The notes beneath the pieces are model-generated. The model saw only the letters and a list, made by a program, of their open reading frames with translations. It had not been told where the DNA came from and did no database searches. A stretch of 64,000 nt of DNA from Cirrosporium novae-zelandiae. Lineage: Eukaryota. The translations under genes were made by a program, and so were the position numbers. This document shows, piece after piece, positions 1 through 13,087 of this stretch (the first letter of the stretch is position 1; each line of letters begins with the position of its first letter). Where the stretch lies: assembly GCA_026023565.1 (NCBI GenBank), contig JAPETS010000010.1, positions 558,001 through 622,000 of the forward strand. The letters run 5' to 3'.

Positions 1-1424
1 GTGAAGGACAAACGAAACGTGCCCCCGTGGAAAGAATCGCGGACATTTTAACTAGCTACTTTGTCCCGGTCATCACTTTAATAGCCGTGTCTACCTTTAT
101 CATCTGGGTTGCACTTGGCGAGTCTGGCAGCCTTCCTCAATCTTGGCTGGATGTGGATCAAGGAGGATGGGTCTTTTGGAGTCTGAAGTTTGCCATTGCG
201 ACATTCGTTGTCGCTTGTCCGTGTGGCATTGGGCTTGCAGCCCCCACTGCGCTATTCGTTGGCAGTGGCTTAGCGGCGAAGTATGGCATCCTCGTGCGTG
301 GAGGGGGTGAGGCGTTCCAGGAAGCCAGCAATATCAATGTGGTTGTTTTCGATAAAACCGGCACGCTAACTGAAGGGAAAAGCCTAAAAGTCACGGACTA
401 TCAGCTAATCCTTTCGGAGGATAAAGCAAACATGGCGTGGGCCCTTGCTAAAGCCTTGGAAGAAGAAAGTAGTCATCCGATCGCCAAAGCCATCATCAGC
501 TTCTGCTCCAGTAAGCCCTTATGTCAAGTGCATGGCGCAGATGTCAAAGAGAAGGCGGGCAGTGGTCTTCAGGGAGTGTTTGAGGTTAATATTTCTGCGT
601 CGAAAGCCTCTTTTGAAGCTGCTATCGGCAATGAAAGTCTGATGTCGTCATTGAATATCAATATCGATGATTATTTCAATGCCAATACCCTCACAACCTG
701 GAAAACGGAAGGCAAATCAGTAGCACTTCTAGCCATTCGCAACCTCGACTCCTCGATCTCCAAGTGGATATTAGCAGCTATCTTTGCGACCGCCGATCCA
801 ATTCGCAAAGAATCTCGTTATACTGTACAAAGTCTTCAAGAAGCTGGCATTGAAGTATACATGCTCAGCGGCGACAACCAAACGACAGCGACAGCGGTCG
901 GTCAGAGTTTAGGGATTCCATCTTCCAACATTATTGCTGGGGTTTTGCCAACTCAAAAAGCCGAAAAAGTCGAGTGGCTCCAGAACAATGCCCTACAGTC
1001 CTCTAATAACCGATCACATCGTACCAGAGCAATCGTTGCTTTTGTTGGTGATGGTATTAATGATGCTCCTGCTCTTACGACGGCTGATGTTTCTTGCGCC
1101 ATCGGTTCTGGTTCGGACGTCGCTCTCTTCTCTGCTTCTTTCATCCTCTTAACATCCAACCTTACAACTCTCTTGACGCTAATTTCTCTAAGCAAAACCG
1201 TTTTTCGAAGGATTAAATTTAATTTTCTATGGGCACTTGTCTACAACGTATGCCTTGTACCAATTGCTGCTGGGGTTATTTATCCGGCCCAAGGCCATCC
1301 CAGGCTGGATCCCGTGTGGGCTAGTGCGGCAATGGCAGCAAGCAGTGTTAGTGTGGTTTGCAGTAGCCTAGTCTTGAGATTGAAAATCCCTGGTTTGGGC
1401 TTTAGGGCTGCCAAATCAAATTGA
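1..1424 (+). CDS. P1B-type copper-transporting ATPase, 5' truncated by window edge
   Basis: CPC in TM6, DKTGT phosphorylation motif, SSHP, GDGINDAP hinge, YN in TM7 and MAASS in TM8, which are Cu(I) P1B-1 signatures. CrpA versus Ccc2 subtype not resolved. Confidence 0.93.
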   Translation, partial: EGQTKRAPVERIADILTSYFVPVITLIAVSTFIIWVALGESGSLPQSWLDVDQGGWVFWSLKFAIATFVVACPCGIGLAAPTALFVGSGLAAKYGILVRGGGEAFQEASNINVVVFDKTGTLTEGKSLKVTDYQLILSEDKANMAWALAKALEEESSHPIAKAIISFCSSKPLCQVHGADVKEKAGSGLQGVFEVNISASKASFEAAIGNESLMSSLNINIDDYFNANTLTTWKTEGKSVALLAIRNLDSSISKWILAAIFATADPIRKESRYTVQSLQEAGIEVYMLSGDNQTTATAVGQSLGIPSSNIIAGVLPTQKAEKVEWLQNNALQSSNNRSHRTRAIVAFVGDGINDAPALTTADVSCAIGSGSDVALFSASFILLTSNLTTLLTLISLSKTVFRRIKFNFLWALVYNVCLVPIAAGVIYPAQGHPRLDPVWASAAMAASSVSVVCSSLVLRLKIPGLGFRAAKSN

Positions 1425-1822
1425 GATGCTTCTCGTACCTATGGCTGAATGTCTTTGGAGGAGAAGGGGATGAGTTATGAGTTATGGGATATGGAATATG
1501 GGATATGGGATACTTATGAGATGATGCACCTCCATTGAATGTATTTTAGATGATAGACGCCCCTTTGATCTTTAGAAAAGTTGGCCAATGACATAAGAAC
1601 GATGGCTAAAATTTAAATCAACACGATCTTCGTAGTTTTGTGTATTTCCGAACATGATCCAACGCTGCTTCCGAGTCTGACTAAGCCAAGAACTGCGACC
1701 TCAATTATCATGACTAGTTAATAGTTTACAGGCTAAGCAGAAAAGACTCCTAGAAAAGAAATCCTATCTTTTACTTGATGTTTAAAAGCATCAATTCAAT
1801 TATTTCCAATCTCTTTTCCAGA

Positions 1823-3594
1823 ATGCCAGTGGAGCAGGAGCGGTCAACGTCAATGACTGCTTCTCCTTCCTCCGAATCAACTCCAGCCCCGCAGCTGCTA
1901 CAGCCCGAGAGCTCATCAAGGATAAACGAAGTTTCCAAAATCAATTCTTTCTCATCTAGCTATTCCCCAATCCTTCAAGGTTTACCTCCAGGATATCAAC
2001 GTCCCCCAGTTCCTAATGTCCCATACAAGTCGCCTTACGGTAATTTCGAGTTTGACTCGGATCTTAACAGAAATTCCACGCAGACTTCCCAGGAATTTGT
2101 TCTTAATCCTTCTATCGATCCCAATGGCCCTGCATATGTAGCTGCACGAGAGGAAATTTTGAAAAAGTTGAAGACGAGCCAGACGATGCCCCCTCCGACT
2201 CTGACTGCCAAACCAGGTTCAAAAAAAAACCATACAAACAATTATACACCTTCAACCCTTGAAACTATCATCGTCTCCAAACCAGATTCCTCTAGCACAT
2301 TTACCACACCTACTTCTGCAAGTAGCATTAGAGGTAGTAGTACTAGCCGAGGACGTGGCCGTGGCCGTCCTAGAGGCCGGGGGCGTGGCCGAATCTTGAC
2401 GAACGTATCCCATAGCACGAAACGAAAACATGATTCCAATAATGAGGATAATGGCAACTCCTCTTCTTCATCAGAGGCCTACACACTTGCTACAACCCAA
2501 ACTCGTTCAGGTCGTACTGTCACTCGCCCTACTACTTTTGTACCTTCCCCCACTCCGACATCTAATGGATCTCAGACCAAGCGGCAACGACGAAGGGTTA
2601 GCCCCGGAGAAAGTATGAGTGCACTGTGCAAACGCTGCCTGAGAGGACACAGCCCCCTTGGAAATGCGATTGTGTATTGTGATGGATGCAACGCAGCGTG
2701 GCATCAGAGGTGTCATGAGCCTTGGATTGAAGATCAGGTTGTAGTTGTAAAAGAGAGGGAGTGGTTTTGCGGAGATTGCAGGAAGAAAGAAGAGCAGGCG
2801 AAAGGATTAAGTAGGAAAGACATGAAAGAGCTGGAGAGGATGCCAGAGGGATGGGGTGATGATGAGGTATGTGGGATTTTTTATTTGCAGTTGTGTCTAA
2901 TATGATACTGTCGGATGCTTCACTGATCATCCCACCGATGGGTTGAATCAATACCATATAAAATATCTTACTTGTCATTCTGACATTACCGTGAGTTTCC
3001 TATTTATATAGATACAGAATTATCCGCTTTAACTCTTCTTTTAGATCTTCATATCATTTCCTTCTTCCATTTTGGCCTACTTCCTAGTCAACTAATACCC
3101 TCCTTTCGCAGCGCCGGGGCTACCTCAATTCCCTACCGCATGCCACCCTTGTGTCTCTCCTTCTCCACGCAGCAACTATCCACCCAGGCCTTCCACTCTT
3201 CCCCTCTAGCACCTCATCCACCACCACCTCCAAGTCCACATCTACTTTAGGATCCATGACCAGCGACCTAGTCCCCATGCCATCACCTACGGCATCAGCA
3301 ATCACTCAGCCACCACCACCACAATGCCCAAGCTCAAACGCCTTAAACCTTGGTACAAATAGAAGCCTCGGATTCTCCGGCAATGACAACGATAACAACG
3401 ATGCCAATGATGATGACGAAGAGCTAGACCTCCTTCCTTATCCCCGTGCTGGCACGGGAATCGCGTTCAATTTACTACCATCCGAGGCCGAGGATCTGGA
3501 TTGGCTGGTTGATGAAGACAAAGCTGGTGTGTTTAGTCACAAAGTCAAGAACTCCGCTGCTGCTGTCACGTTGCCGCAGGAACGCTTGGTATAG
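1823..3594 (+). CDS. PHD-finger chromatin protein with AT-hook-like motif (Phf1/Phf2-like), 2 exons
   Basis: C4HC3 PHD (CKRC...CDGC...H..C...WFCGDC) and RGRPRGR. Intron 2867-3111 (GTATGT...CTAAT...CAG) joins in frame to RRGYLNSLPHATLVSLL... Confidence 0.8.
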
Positions 3595-4820
3595 GATATT
3601 TTGAAATTCCCTTAATGTACAGGTACAAGAGCGTTGCAAATTATGTGTTCCAGTTCTTTGGTTGATTGGGGGGGTTACGTTACAGTGGCCACCATCTCAT
3701 CCCATCCCATCCCATTTTCGTCTTGAGGGTTTGAGGAATTCAAAACTGGACCGGGTCCTAAGGAAAGTCACTTCGACTTTCGTCTAATTCCTATCCCATT
3801 ATAATCCTCCTGTCTGTCCCCTTTTTATCAATTTAATCTAATTCCGGTCCAGAACTTACCACCAAAAGGAAAAACAAGATGCTTAATTTCCCATATACAT
3901 AAAAATACTGTTTTGCCCCCCCCCCCCCCCAGCGAGACCAAGCAAATGAAAAAAATCATTATATAACTATGTGTTAATTATATGTAAATAAGTAAATTGC
4001 ATGGTATGGTATGGATGGTATGGAGGACTTCTTTTATTAAATCTAAGGATTGAAGCATTGAACTAGTTTTTTATCGACTGTCGAATCGAACGAGGAGATG
4101 GGCCACCTCCCCCTCCTCTCCCCCCGACTTTGCTAGTTCAATGTTCAATGTTCATTGCAACTCGATGCAACTCGATGCGGTGCAATAGCGATCGATATAT
4201 AGTATGGATAGTATGTATGTATGTATGTATGAGTTGGTTTCATCCATCCCTATGCCAGTGAAAAATAAAAATGAAGAAAAATAAAAAATGGGAAATAATT
4301 AAACACCACTAGCACTATCACTTCCTTTCTTCATTCCTTCCCTTCTGGAAGCGCCATATGCTCATGTGCTTATCCTCATTATATCTATATCCATTTATAT
4401 CCATGACCATTCTATTCTATTCCTATTTCATTCCGTCTATGAGTATATTTATAACATGACAAGTTAGGTAAGTAGGTAGGGTATTCGCAAGATTAGAAAA
4501 GAGAAAATAAACTCCCATGAGAAACACGTACTCTGCACGTATGTATACTCATTTCTTCTGCTTCTTTTTTTTTTTTGCAATGCTGATTTGGGTCTATCGT
4601 AATAAATGAATGAATAAATGAATGGATGAATGCAAAAAAAGAAAAGAATGCATGTATGATTGATGAAGAGGAAAGGAAAAGGAAAAAGGAATGCAATGCA
4701 ATGTAGCCATGTCCATCCATCCGTCTAGTTATTCCCACCGCCCACATCGCTCTTATAGTAACACACAACCACAATATTGTAGAGACCAAATAAAAACAAA
4801 ACAGAACAGAACCAGCATTC

Positions 4821-6701
4821 TCAATAATCAGACATGAATTCCGTTTCCAAGAAGCTTTGACTAGCCACGAAGCTGAATCCTCCAAACGGATTTCCCTCTT
4901 CGCTGTAGGAGCCCCTCTCCACCACAGGACTCAAGCTCAAGTCTGTAAACTCGGTTGCGAAGTTCTCTGCTAGCTCTGGATCTGTGATTAAAGGCCTGAT
5001 TGGAGGGTCCAGTTGGCGTTTAGCCAGTTTTGCCCAGTTAATCTTGCGGAAGAAACGGTGCTTTTTGATGGTTGTCATATCCTTTGGCATATTGCCACCG
5101 AGGCGCTTGGAAGGGTCTTTGCGTAGTAACCGGGTAAGAAGGTCTTTGGCATCTGGAGAGAGGAAGTATGGCAGTGAAAGCTTTTGCTTGAGAATTTTCT
5201 CTTGGGTTCTGGTGTAGTTGTTGGCCGTGAATGGAGGGTTCCCTGTAAGGAGGTCGAAACCTAGAGCGCCAAGACTCCACCAATCACATGCTTTACCATA
5301 AAAAATCCCCTGGATCACTTCCGGAGCCATGTATTCAATCGTCCCCAGTGAAGAGTTGCAGCGCTCGTCGTCAACGGCGACTTTGCTGAGACCAAAATCT
5401 GCGAGTAGCAAGTGACCTTCGGAATCTAGGAGGCAGTTTTCAGGCTTTAGGTCACGATAAATGACACCTACTGTGTGATGCAAATGTTCGAGAGCAAGTA
5501 CCATTTCTGCCATATAGAATGCGGCATCATCTTCCAAAAACATTTTTTCAAGGGCGAGATGGGTGAAGAGCTCGCCCCCCTGAGCATACTCAAGGATAAG
5601 GTAGAGTTTCTCGCAATCTTGGAAAGCATAGTAGAGCTTCACAACGAAGGGGTGTCGATTTACGGATTCGAGTATCGAGCGTTCGGTTTTGGTTTGTTCA
5701 ACGAGTTTCTTGTGGACGGTAAGAGAAGCTTTACGGAATTGCTTTTGCGCGAAGAGGCGACCAGTGGTGGCTTGTTTGACAAGGAGAACAGTCCCATAGG
5801 TACCTTTGCCGAGGCATTTGAGAGGAGAAAAGTCAGACGCAGTCATTTTGCGGTTTAGGAAACTAGGGGTAGCCCCGCCTTCCACCGCTCCGTGCAAAGG
5901 CTTCCCAATAATGTCTGGGCTAACAAAGTCATTCTTTAAGGGCACTTCATAACATGTTGTTTCATTCGAAGGAGTTTCGCTAACGGCTTCGGAAGTTACA
6001 CTGAAATTGCTTGGTGTTTGGGAACCAATAGTGTTAGCTTGTGAACGTAGCGCAGAAGGCTTCGCATGGGTGTCAAGATTCAGTGTTTCTAGTTGAAGTC
6101 GTAAAGCACTAATCCCACCAGAAGATGATGAAGGTCTCAAGGAAGGACTTCCTCCATAACCAGTCAAGGCTGAAATCCTAGGCGATTGAATGCGAGAACT
6201 TGCAGCTGTAGAATATTCCGAGTCCCCATTGACAGAGGAAGCTGGTGTGAAACCCCGAACAACATTGAGAGCAGGTGCAGCTGGAGGAACTGCCGCTTTC
6301 TTCTGGGCCTTCTTCCTCTTCCTCTGAGCACGCGCACTCAGTTCGTTAGCCTTAGGCAAGTTTCCCATCATATCAACTGGAAGCCGCTTAGAGACCCAAC
6401 AATTATTTCCAAGGTTCCTTTTTGGAGTCTGTGCACCTGCGATGTCAATAGGAGGGGTGCCAGTCCGAACTATTGACGGAGATATCTTTACTGCGGCAGC
6501 AACAGCAGCATCATTTATGGAATCTGCATCATTCCATGCAAGAACCTTCTCAGTGTTGAGTCTTTGCACATGCGCATGAGTGCCTGAGCCATCTGTGCGT
6601 TTATGTTCCTCCGTAGATCTGAGCGGCTTCGAGGTCTGCTCAACTAGATCTTGGCCATCGGAATGGGTTGAAATAGGGGCGAAAAAGTCGGTCCCAAACA
6701 T
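4821..6701 (-). CDS. psk1: AGC-family Ser/Thr kinase, Psk1/S6K-like
   Basis: GKGTYG, YRDLKPEN, DFG, APE and C-terminal AGC hydrophobic motif FGGFSF. First in-frame ATG is 6701; an extra upstream exon cannot be excluded. Confidence 0.8.
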   Translation of the reverse strand: MFGTDFFAPISTHSDGQDLVEQTSKPLRSTEEHKRTDGSGTHAHVQRLNTEKVLAWNDADSINDAAVAAAVKISPSIVRTGTPPIDIAGAQTPKRNLGNNCWVSKRLPVDMMGNLPKANELSARAQRKRKKAQKKAAVPPAAPALNVVRGFTPASSVNGDSEYSTAASSRIQSPRISALTGYGGSPSLRPSSSSGGISALRLQLETLNLDTHAKPSALRSQANTIGSQTPSNFSVTSEAVSETPSNETTCYEVPLKNDFVSPDIIGKPLHGAVEGGATPSFLNRKMTASDFSPLKCLGKGTYGTVLLVKQATTGRLFAQKQFRKASLTVHKKLVEQTKTERSILESVNRHPFVVKLYYAFQDCEKLYLILEYAQGGELFTHLALEKMFLEDDAAFYMAEMVLALEHLHHTVGVIYRDLKPENCLLDSEGHLLLADFGLSKVAVDDERCNSSLGTIEYMAPEVIQGIFYGKACDWWSLGALGFDLLTGNPPFTANNYTRTQEKILKQKLSLPYFLSPDAKDLLTRLLRKDPSKRLGGNMPKDMTTIKKHRFFRKINWAKLAKRQLDPPIRPLITDPELAENFATEFTDLSLSPVVERGSYSEEGNPFGGFSFVASQSFLETEFMSDY

Positions 6702-7923
6702 CGTGACAATTTCTGACCTGCTGGTCTGCAAAAAGCTGTAGTTTTATTTTTTTGAATACGACCTAATCAGTCTTATGATCTTTGATGCTTGGTCAGGCGC
6801 AGCCTGGAGAAGCGACGCTGATTCCGCAACTCAAAATGAATTAAATTTTTTTCTTTAAATGTCGAACAATATATATGCAATATTCGATATTACCGTCCGC
6901 CCTTATTCAGGACGGACTCGGCACCAGCAGCCAGGCAAACCGTACAATAATCGAGTCGTGAGGGATCTGAGCTGCTGGTGTTGCTGCGCACAAATGTGTA
7001 AGATGGCGTTGGTAGCTGAAAGGAGCTGTCGTCGAGGAAGCTGAACAGAAGGGAAGCGAAACTGGAGATGCGGAGACTTTGGATGGTCCCATAGATGAAT
7101 AACTGGAAGAGTATGCGATGAGTTACTATTAACTAACACTAAGAAGGGTTGGCCAACTCGCAACGCTGATAGGTGATGTGTTGTAGAAGGGAAGGTAAGA
7201 AGGTGAGAAGGTGAGAAAATGAATTTCGCGGATTTCATTCATTTGTCGCTTACTGTAATCATTCAGGCTGTTTCTGGTTCGATAATTTTACAATGACACC
7301 CTAGTCCTTTTATTTCAACGCTTTCTAAATATCCCTACCCCCTTTACCCCTCGAAACATTGATAAAACAAAACCATTCACTTTTATATCGCAAGTTAAGC
7401 TTCACTCAACCCTATTCAAGCCCGATTCAAAGCTACCTAAACTGGAATGGGTTTCTAGCTAATATTATTACTAATCTATGATAATAATCTATACCTAGCG
7501 CCAATCAGCAAGAACAAAATAGAGTGAATTAGGGCTTTACACACTGAAAGTGCTCTATCCTGAACTACCCCAACGCGTAAAATACATTGACGACCATAGC
7601 ATTACCAGTGCAATGATTCCCTAAAGTATTTGCGAAGAAAACGATGCACCTAAGGTCCCTATCCGTCACATTTCCGCGGCTAATGAAAAACAATGAAATG
7701 TGTCCTCCTTCTGTCTATCTTGATACCTGGTCATTAGTGTCTTGGTTATCATCACAGGATCATAGCGAAAGTGGCGTATGGCATCTCGAGGTCATTCCTA
7801 ACTAGAGCCAGAGGTATAAACTGCAGCAATCTGATATACTTCTTAGAGGGCCATCCCGGTATAACTTGGGATGCTCGGGGTGATTTGATATCTGAACTCT
7901 CAATCAACACCCTGACGATTGTG

Positions 7924-8942
7924 TCATAAGGGCCAAGTAAATGCAAACAACAACACTCCTAATATCAGTACCATTTTGTAATCCACTGATTGTGGATTTG
8001 CCACCGACTCAACACTATGGGTAACATTAACCGCGGGAGTAATCCAGCCTTTATCGCTAGCCTTGACGAGACCAGCATACCAGACATCCGCTATTATTTG
8101 ATAGCCTTTATCATTGGGATGCAGTCCGTCAGATAAATATCTGGGTTTGACCACGCTCATGTCAACAGACATCACATGCCTATTATCCGCAGCTCGTTCC
8201 TCCACAACCTCAAGAACATGCTTGTTATATTGTTCAATACGTCTCTGGTTTTCTTCATGCGCATTCTGAATGAGTTGTGCAACCAGCACAACCGCATCTG
8301 GACAGGCTTCTGTGACTTCATCGATCAAATTCCCCAAGCGATGAGGGGCATGGTGGGGATGGACATTCTTAACCATATCATTGGTACCAGCCATCAAAAG
8401 AACCACGTTGGGTCTTTCCCCTAACGAGCGCTTTGCGAATTGGGCAATTTGATTAATGATTGCACCATTATGCCCTTCATGGTGGTTGTCAACCATATGT
8501 CCCGACGTCACTGAACCAATATATTCAACGGTATTATTCAATAGAAGAACTTGGAGATTTCGACGGTATCCATTGCCAGTGGTGCTTTTAAAACCGAACG
8601 TGATCGAGTCGCCCAGCGGGAGGATTCTTAGCGTGGTGCGGTTAGCGATTGGGAGGCCCGCCGTTAGATGGTACTGAATGAAGGTATATTTTGAAACAAT
8701 AGCTTCAGACCGGGCTAATATTTGTTGAGAAACTTGAGGGAAAACTATACACTCTGAATATTAGCCTTCATTGATCGAATTCATATAGCTCTACTCTCGA
8801 CCTGTCGGCATTGAGCTTTCAGTTTGCTCTTGAGCTATAAACGGTTGGACAGGATCTACTCACAAATACTCGTAGTTAGAATTCCTATAGTCAATAGGAT
8901 AGCAACCATGCTCCGGACACCAATTCGGTTGAACAACACCAT
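7924..8942 (-). CDS. Secreted SGNH/GDSL hydrolase (CE3-like) with probable GPI-anchor tail, 2 exons
   Basis: LRILPLGDSIT lies upstream of the ORF-track start in the same frame, plus GTND and DGLHP. Signal-peptide exon MVLFNRIGVRSMVAILLTIGILTTSI is followed by GTGAGT. Hydrophobic C-terminus MVLILGVLLFAFTWPL. Confidence 0.82.
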
Positions 8943-9122
8943 GGCTAAAGGTACTCTACCAATAACCAAACCCACAGGCAAGTGACAAGCGAGTGGATGA
9001 CGCAAAAAGAAATGCTTCCTCCAAGGGACCTTCAACGATTATAATACATGCTAGCTCGGACGATGATTATTTAGGTTACTCGTTTTTTGAGACGGAGGAT
9101 CCTGTGGCTGTCAATCACAAGA

Positions 9123-9305
9123 GAGTAATGTGGTTTATGATAACGGTTATTAAAGTTGACATCTCATGGAAGGTAAGGGCCCAAGGAAATCTATAGGAAA
9201 GCGAAGCTGCGACAAATGAGTAATGTGGTTTATGATAATTATTGTTAAAGTTGACATCTCACCAAAGGTGAGGGCGGCCCATGGGAATCTGCGGGAAAAC
9301 GAAAG
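9123..9305. repeat. Diverged tandem duplication, two copies, period 95 bp
   Basis: GAGTAATGTGGTTTATGATAA...TTAAAGTTGACATCTCA...AAGGT starts at both 9123 and 9218. Confidence 0.9.
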
Positions 9306-9958
9306 TTCGGCAAGATCAAAGAAGTCATTTATTACGAGGTCGTCTGTGCTCCTACCTTGTTACTAGGTAGTTATTAATATGAGAGGTGAAATATGCAAGA
9401 GTTTGATGATGAGTTTGATGTTGTCTTATCGAAAATTCCTTTGCAATCTGGTTTAGGAAAGTGCGTCTACGTCAACGTCAGCTATCAAGAATGCTTAGAG
9501 GGGACATAGCCGAATTAGCGGTTGCGACGGAGGAGGGTCTTTCAGGTCTTTCAGGTCTTGTCTTGAGTTTCATAACCTTATTGGCTAACCATATCAGGTC
9601 ACTCAAAGGTCCCGGAAAAGCCCCAAGTACTAAAAACGGGCTTTTATGTATTGGTTGAGCAGTGTCGAAAATGAAGATAGGTTAGGTCATCAGGAGCTAC
9701 TACAAACTAAATTGCTTGGAGGTTAGAAATAAACGATATCGGCCTTCAGTAAAACCACCCCAAAAAAGCTTAGCAAAGCTTAGCCACGCGTCCATCAACC
9801 CCCTATAGGGGATCCCTTTATATCAGGGGCGGAAAAGTACGAACAAAAACCTCAACTTCATCATATAACCCTTTTATTCGTCATCGAAACAATTTGGCTA
9901 AGCATGCCCATGCCAAACCTACCAACAAGACAGTCCAATATCAGGAAATTCCTCCTTC

Positions 9959-10710
9959 TCAATAATCTGCTTCACGCTTGGTCCTTTCTCCTTCGAACAA
10001 TTGTCGCTCGTTTTCTGTTACTCTATCGACCTCTCTCGAAATTACATCTTCGCTCACCCTTGCATTTCCAAATAACATCTGTTCGCGAGCCTTGCTGGCG
10101 CTCATACGACGCCAATGTGTTACTTGATGTGGACGTTCTGGATAATTGTAGACGACTTGACTTGTGAAGGACCCCGAGAATGATGTAGAGGTAGGTACCG
10201 TGGCTTGGTGGGCAGGGTGAGGATACAATGGCAAGGTGTTATCAGAGAAGCGTCGGCGGTTTCTCGCATCCATAGGTGGCATGGACGAATCGGCTTCAGA
10301 CGGACGATGTCGAAGTGGGGCGTGAGGGACATCAGCTGGAGGATCTAAAAAATCAATTAACAATTATGGAACAAAGCTGATAGAAACCTGGAGGAGTGCA
10401 GGCTGGAGTAGATACATGTGCAAAGAGAACGAGCTCATTTATAAACGACGATGCCGTAGAAAGCCAGGGGAGAAGATGATCTAAACATACTGGCTCCTAG
10501 ATCCTCAAAAATACCGACAGTGCAGGGTCTTGTCTCTATTCGCGCACTTGCCCAGCAAGGACCATCCCATCCCTCCCAATTAACGCCCTTGAAACGGTCT
10601 TTCCCTGGACTTCCTATTGGCGATTCAGCAGTGCTGGTAGGAGAAAGCTCGGGCATATTGAAAGCAGGTGGTGTAGCAAAATGGTTCTCGTATGGATCGT
10701 ATAGAACCAT
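9959..10710 (-). CDS. Hypothetical Pro/Ser-rich protein, at least 2 exons
   Basis: ORF 10710- has a GTATGT donor after GCC A that joins in frame via TTTTTAG to ORF 9959-10363. No recognised domain. Confidence 0.55.
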
Positions 10711-12355
10711 TTGTGGGCAGGGTCGTCTCTAACGTTCTCTACTGTGCTCAGTGAGTAGTATTGATATTGTCCAACCGATGGCGGGTTGGTGGGTAGCAGA
10801 AAATAATAAAATCAAGGACAGAGACGTCTTTAGAGATTAGATATCTCGTAAGTGAACGGGCTCTAGTCAAATGAGATCAGCAGATAAGCCAGCATATTAA
10901 TATCACGATCCGATGTCCGTGCAGGAATCCAGCTCCGCAAGTTTCCTGTGTTGTCGTGTCAAGGAGAAAAGAGATCACAACAGTGACCAACTGTTCCTTA
11001 GGTATTTCGAGAACTTTCGAAATGCGCCAATAAGATGTATGGGCGTCGCGTCATAGTCAGGCGAGAGAAGAGAATACTGTCGAGTCCAAGAGATGGATGA
11101 AACAACTGAGAAGAAGCAACACGATCGGAGATGAAGAACGAATTACAAAGCGCAGATTCTGAGGTAGAGGCAAAAAATGTCGGACACCCACGATATGATA
11201 TCGAGACATTGATGTACGAACAAAATAGACGAAGGTTCGAAAATGTGGTTTGCAGGGTACAAGAGATAGGTGATGGATCCAGACTGGAGGACGGATGGGA
11301 TACCAAGGGGGATAACCAAACCATGTACCCATCCATAGTTTGGTGGAATCCCCGCATTATCCTTAGGTTGGTGGATGTAAAATAAAGTATATGAGGTGGA
11401 AGGAGGCTAAGATCTTATTTGATGCTCAGAGGAGTTGTGTAATTAATGCAATGTCCTGCCATTTTCAGCGACATTTCTTCTAGAAAGTACGATGGTTAAT
11501 TTGCACAATACTCGTAGCCCAACACCACGAGTAGATGATTTCTATAATCTTGGGAGAAAGGATGATGCTGAGACAGGATAGTGACATGACGAATATACGG
11601 AGAAAAAAAAGCACGGATCATATACTTAAGCAGCCGATCATATGCCGCACTAATGGCCGATCCTCCAAGACAGCGCCGCTCTCCGGCCCTAGCGCTCTCA
11701 CTCAACGGGCCTCTCCTGATCTTCTTCCATGAACGCAAGTCGTGACAATTAGTACACCGTAAATTACTTCTTAGATACCTCAGGTACTCAGTAAGTGCCT
11801 AAGTACTTAGGTACTTAGGTAGTCAATCATCGCATCGTAACACCTTGAAATTCATCCAACCTTTTCTTCCGTTCCATCTTTCATAGCTGCCAGTCACATG
11901 CAACTTTGTCGTCTGGGGTCCCCGTCTTCTCCAGCTTTTAGCTGCTTAACTGCCTAGCTGCTGAATTGCTGCCACCTTTCCTCATAGACTGAGCAAGTTC
12001 GTACTCTTAACTAGCTCCTTTCTCATGGCGTGATGGTCACTGTTGAAAGCTGCAAGAATTTACATGACATGCCATGGCCCATGGCATTAAGGTCTTCTTT
12101 AAGATTCCCGCCTCGATAACATGCTCGGTCACGAGGGTAGAGGACGTGCATTCGTACCAAAGAAGACTCCAAAGTAGACCCCTTGAAATTCATTAGCACC
12201 ACCGTAATACCAGTACCAATATCATCTCGATCTGTTAGAAATCCAATGCACAAGTTGTATCTTTCCTCAATACTCACACCCGCTTTCCACCTTAGTTCCC
12301 TCCCCTCTCCTTCCGTACTCCTAAACCCTCACAAAGAGACGAAGCCTCAAGTACA

Positions 12356-13087
12356 ATGTCAACATACTCCTGGCAGCCTAACACCCGCCGTTCCTCCCAC
12401 GAAACCCTCTTCCCCCCTCTATCTCCAACCTTAGAACCCTACTCCGCCGCTCATCGCTCAATCTTCCAGTATTTTGACGATCTCCATCGCCCTCGTCCAA
12501 ATCACCCATCTCGACCTCGCAGCTTCTCTACCTCTTCTACTCAACGGCCTCCTCGGCGTCTCAGGCTCGCCCCTGACATTGACGTTCGAGAAACCGCCGA
12601 GGCATATTATTTCGATATTGAACTTCCGGGGGTGCGAGATCAGACGTTGGTGAAGATTGAATGGACCTCTAGCAGAACCTTCATTGTCGAAGGAGAGATT
12701 GAGCGGCCGGAGCTGGGATCAGATGGGTGGGAAAGACCAGAGGGAGAGGAGAAGAGTGAGCCTCTCGGGACAGATGCTGATGGGTCTAGCAGTTCAGAAA
12801 CAACAAAATCGGAGAAGCAGAACCAACCAAAGGAGCAAGGCAATCCAGAAGACCATGATCCTCGAAAGGAGACGAAAAAAGACATGCCAAATGTAAAAAA
12901 GCCCCAGTTATCGTCAAGGTTACTGCTTGGCGAGAGGAAAATAGGGGTCTATCATCGAACATTGAGTTTTCCCATCGACGTGGATTCCACAAGGTTGAAA
13001 GCGGAGCTGGAAGCGGGTCTGCTGAGAATCGTGGTCCCAAAAAGGAAGCAAGAAGACGATGTGGGCGGTGGAGAAGCTGTGGAATAA
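12356..13087 (+). CDS. Small heat-shock protein (HSP20/alpha-crystallin)
   Basis: PDIDVRETAEAYYFDIELPGV, ERKIGVYHRTLSFP and KAELEAGLLRIVVPK, with the long charged insertion typical of fungal Hsp30-type sHSPs. Intronless. Confidence 0.92.
   Translation: MSTYSWQPNTRRSSHETLFPPLSPTLEPYSAAHRSIFQYFDDLHRPRPNHPSRPRSFSTSSTQRPPRRLRLAPDIDVRETAEAYYFDIELPGVRDQTLVKIEWTSSRTFIVEGEIERPELGSDGWERPEGEEKSEPLGTDADGSSSSETTKSEKQNQPKEQGNPEDHDPRKETKKDMPNVKKPQLSSRLLLGERKIGVYHRTLSFPIDVDSTRLKAELEAGLLRIVVPKRKQEDDVGGGEAVE

Noticed and set aside
8740..8770. Proximal CAG acceptor in the SGNH intron that would create a TAG stop
   Set aside because: It is too close to the CTAAT branch point. The next AG 9 nt downstream restores the frame, so this is not evidence of a pseudogene.
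11477..11484. TTCTAGAA heat-shock-element core upstream of HSP20
   Set aside because: Only two pentamer units and about 870 bp away, so not distinguishable from chance.
10998..11738. Several 65-119 aa ORFs
   Set aside because: Overlapping on both strands, no motifs, and located in a divergent promoter/leader region.
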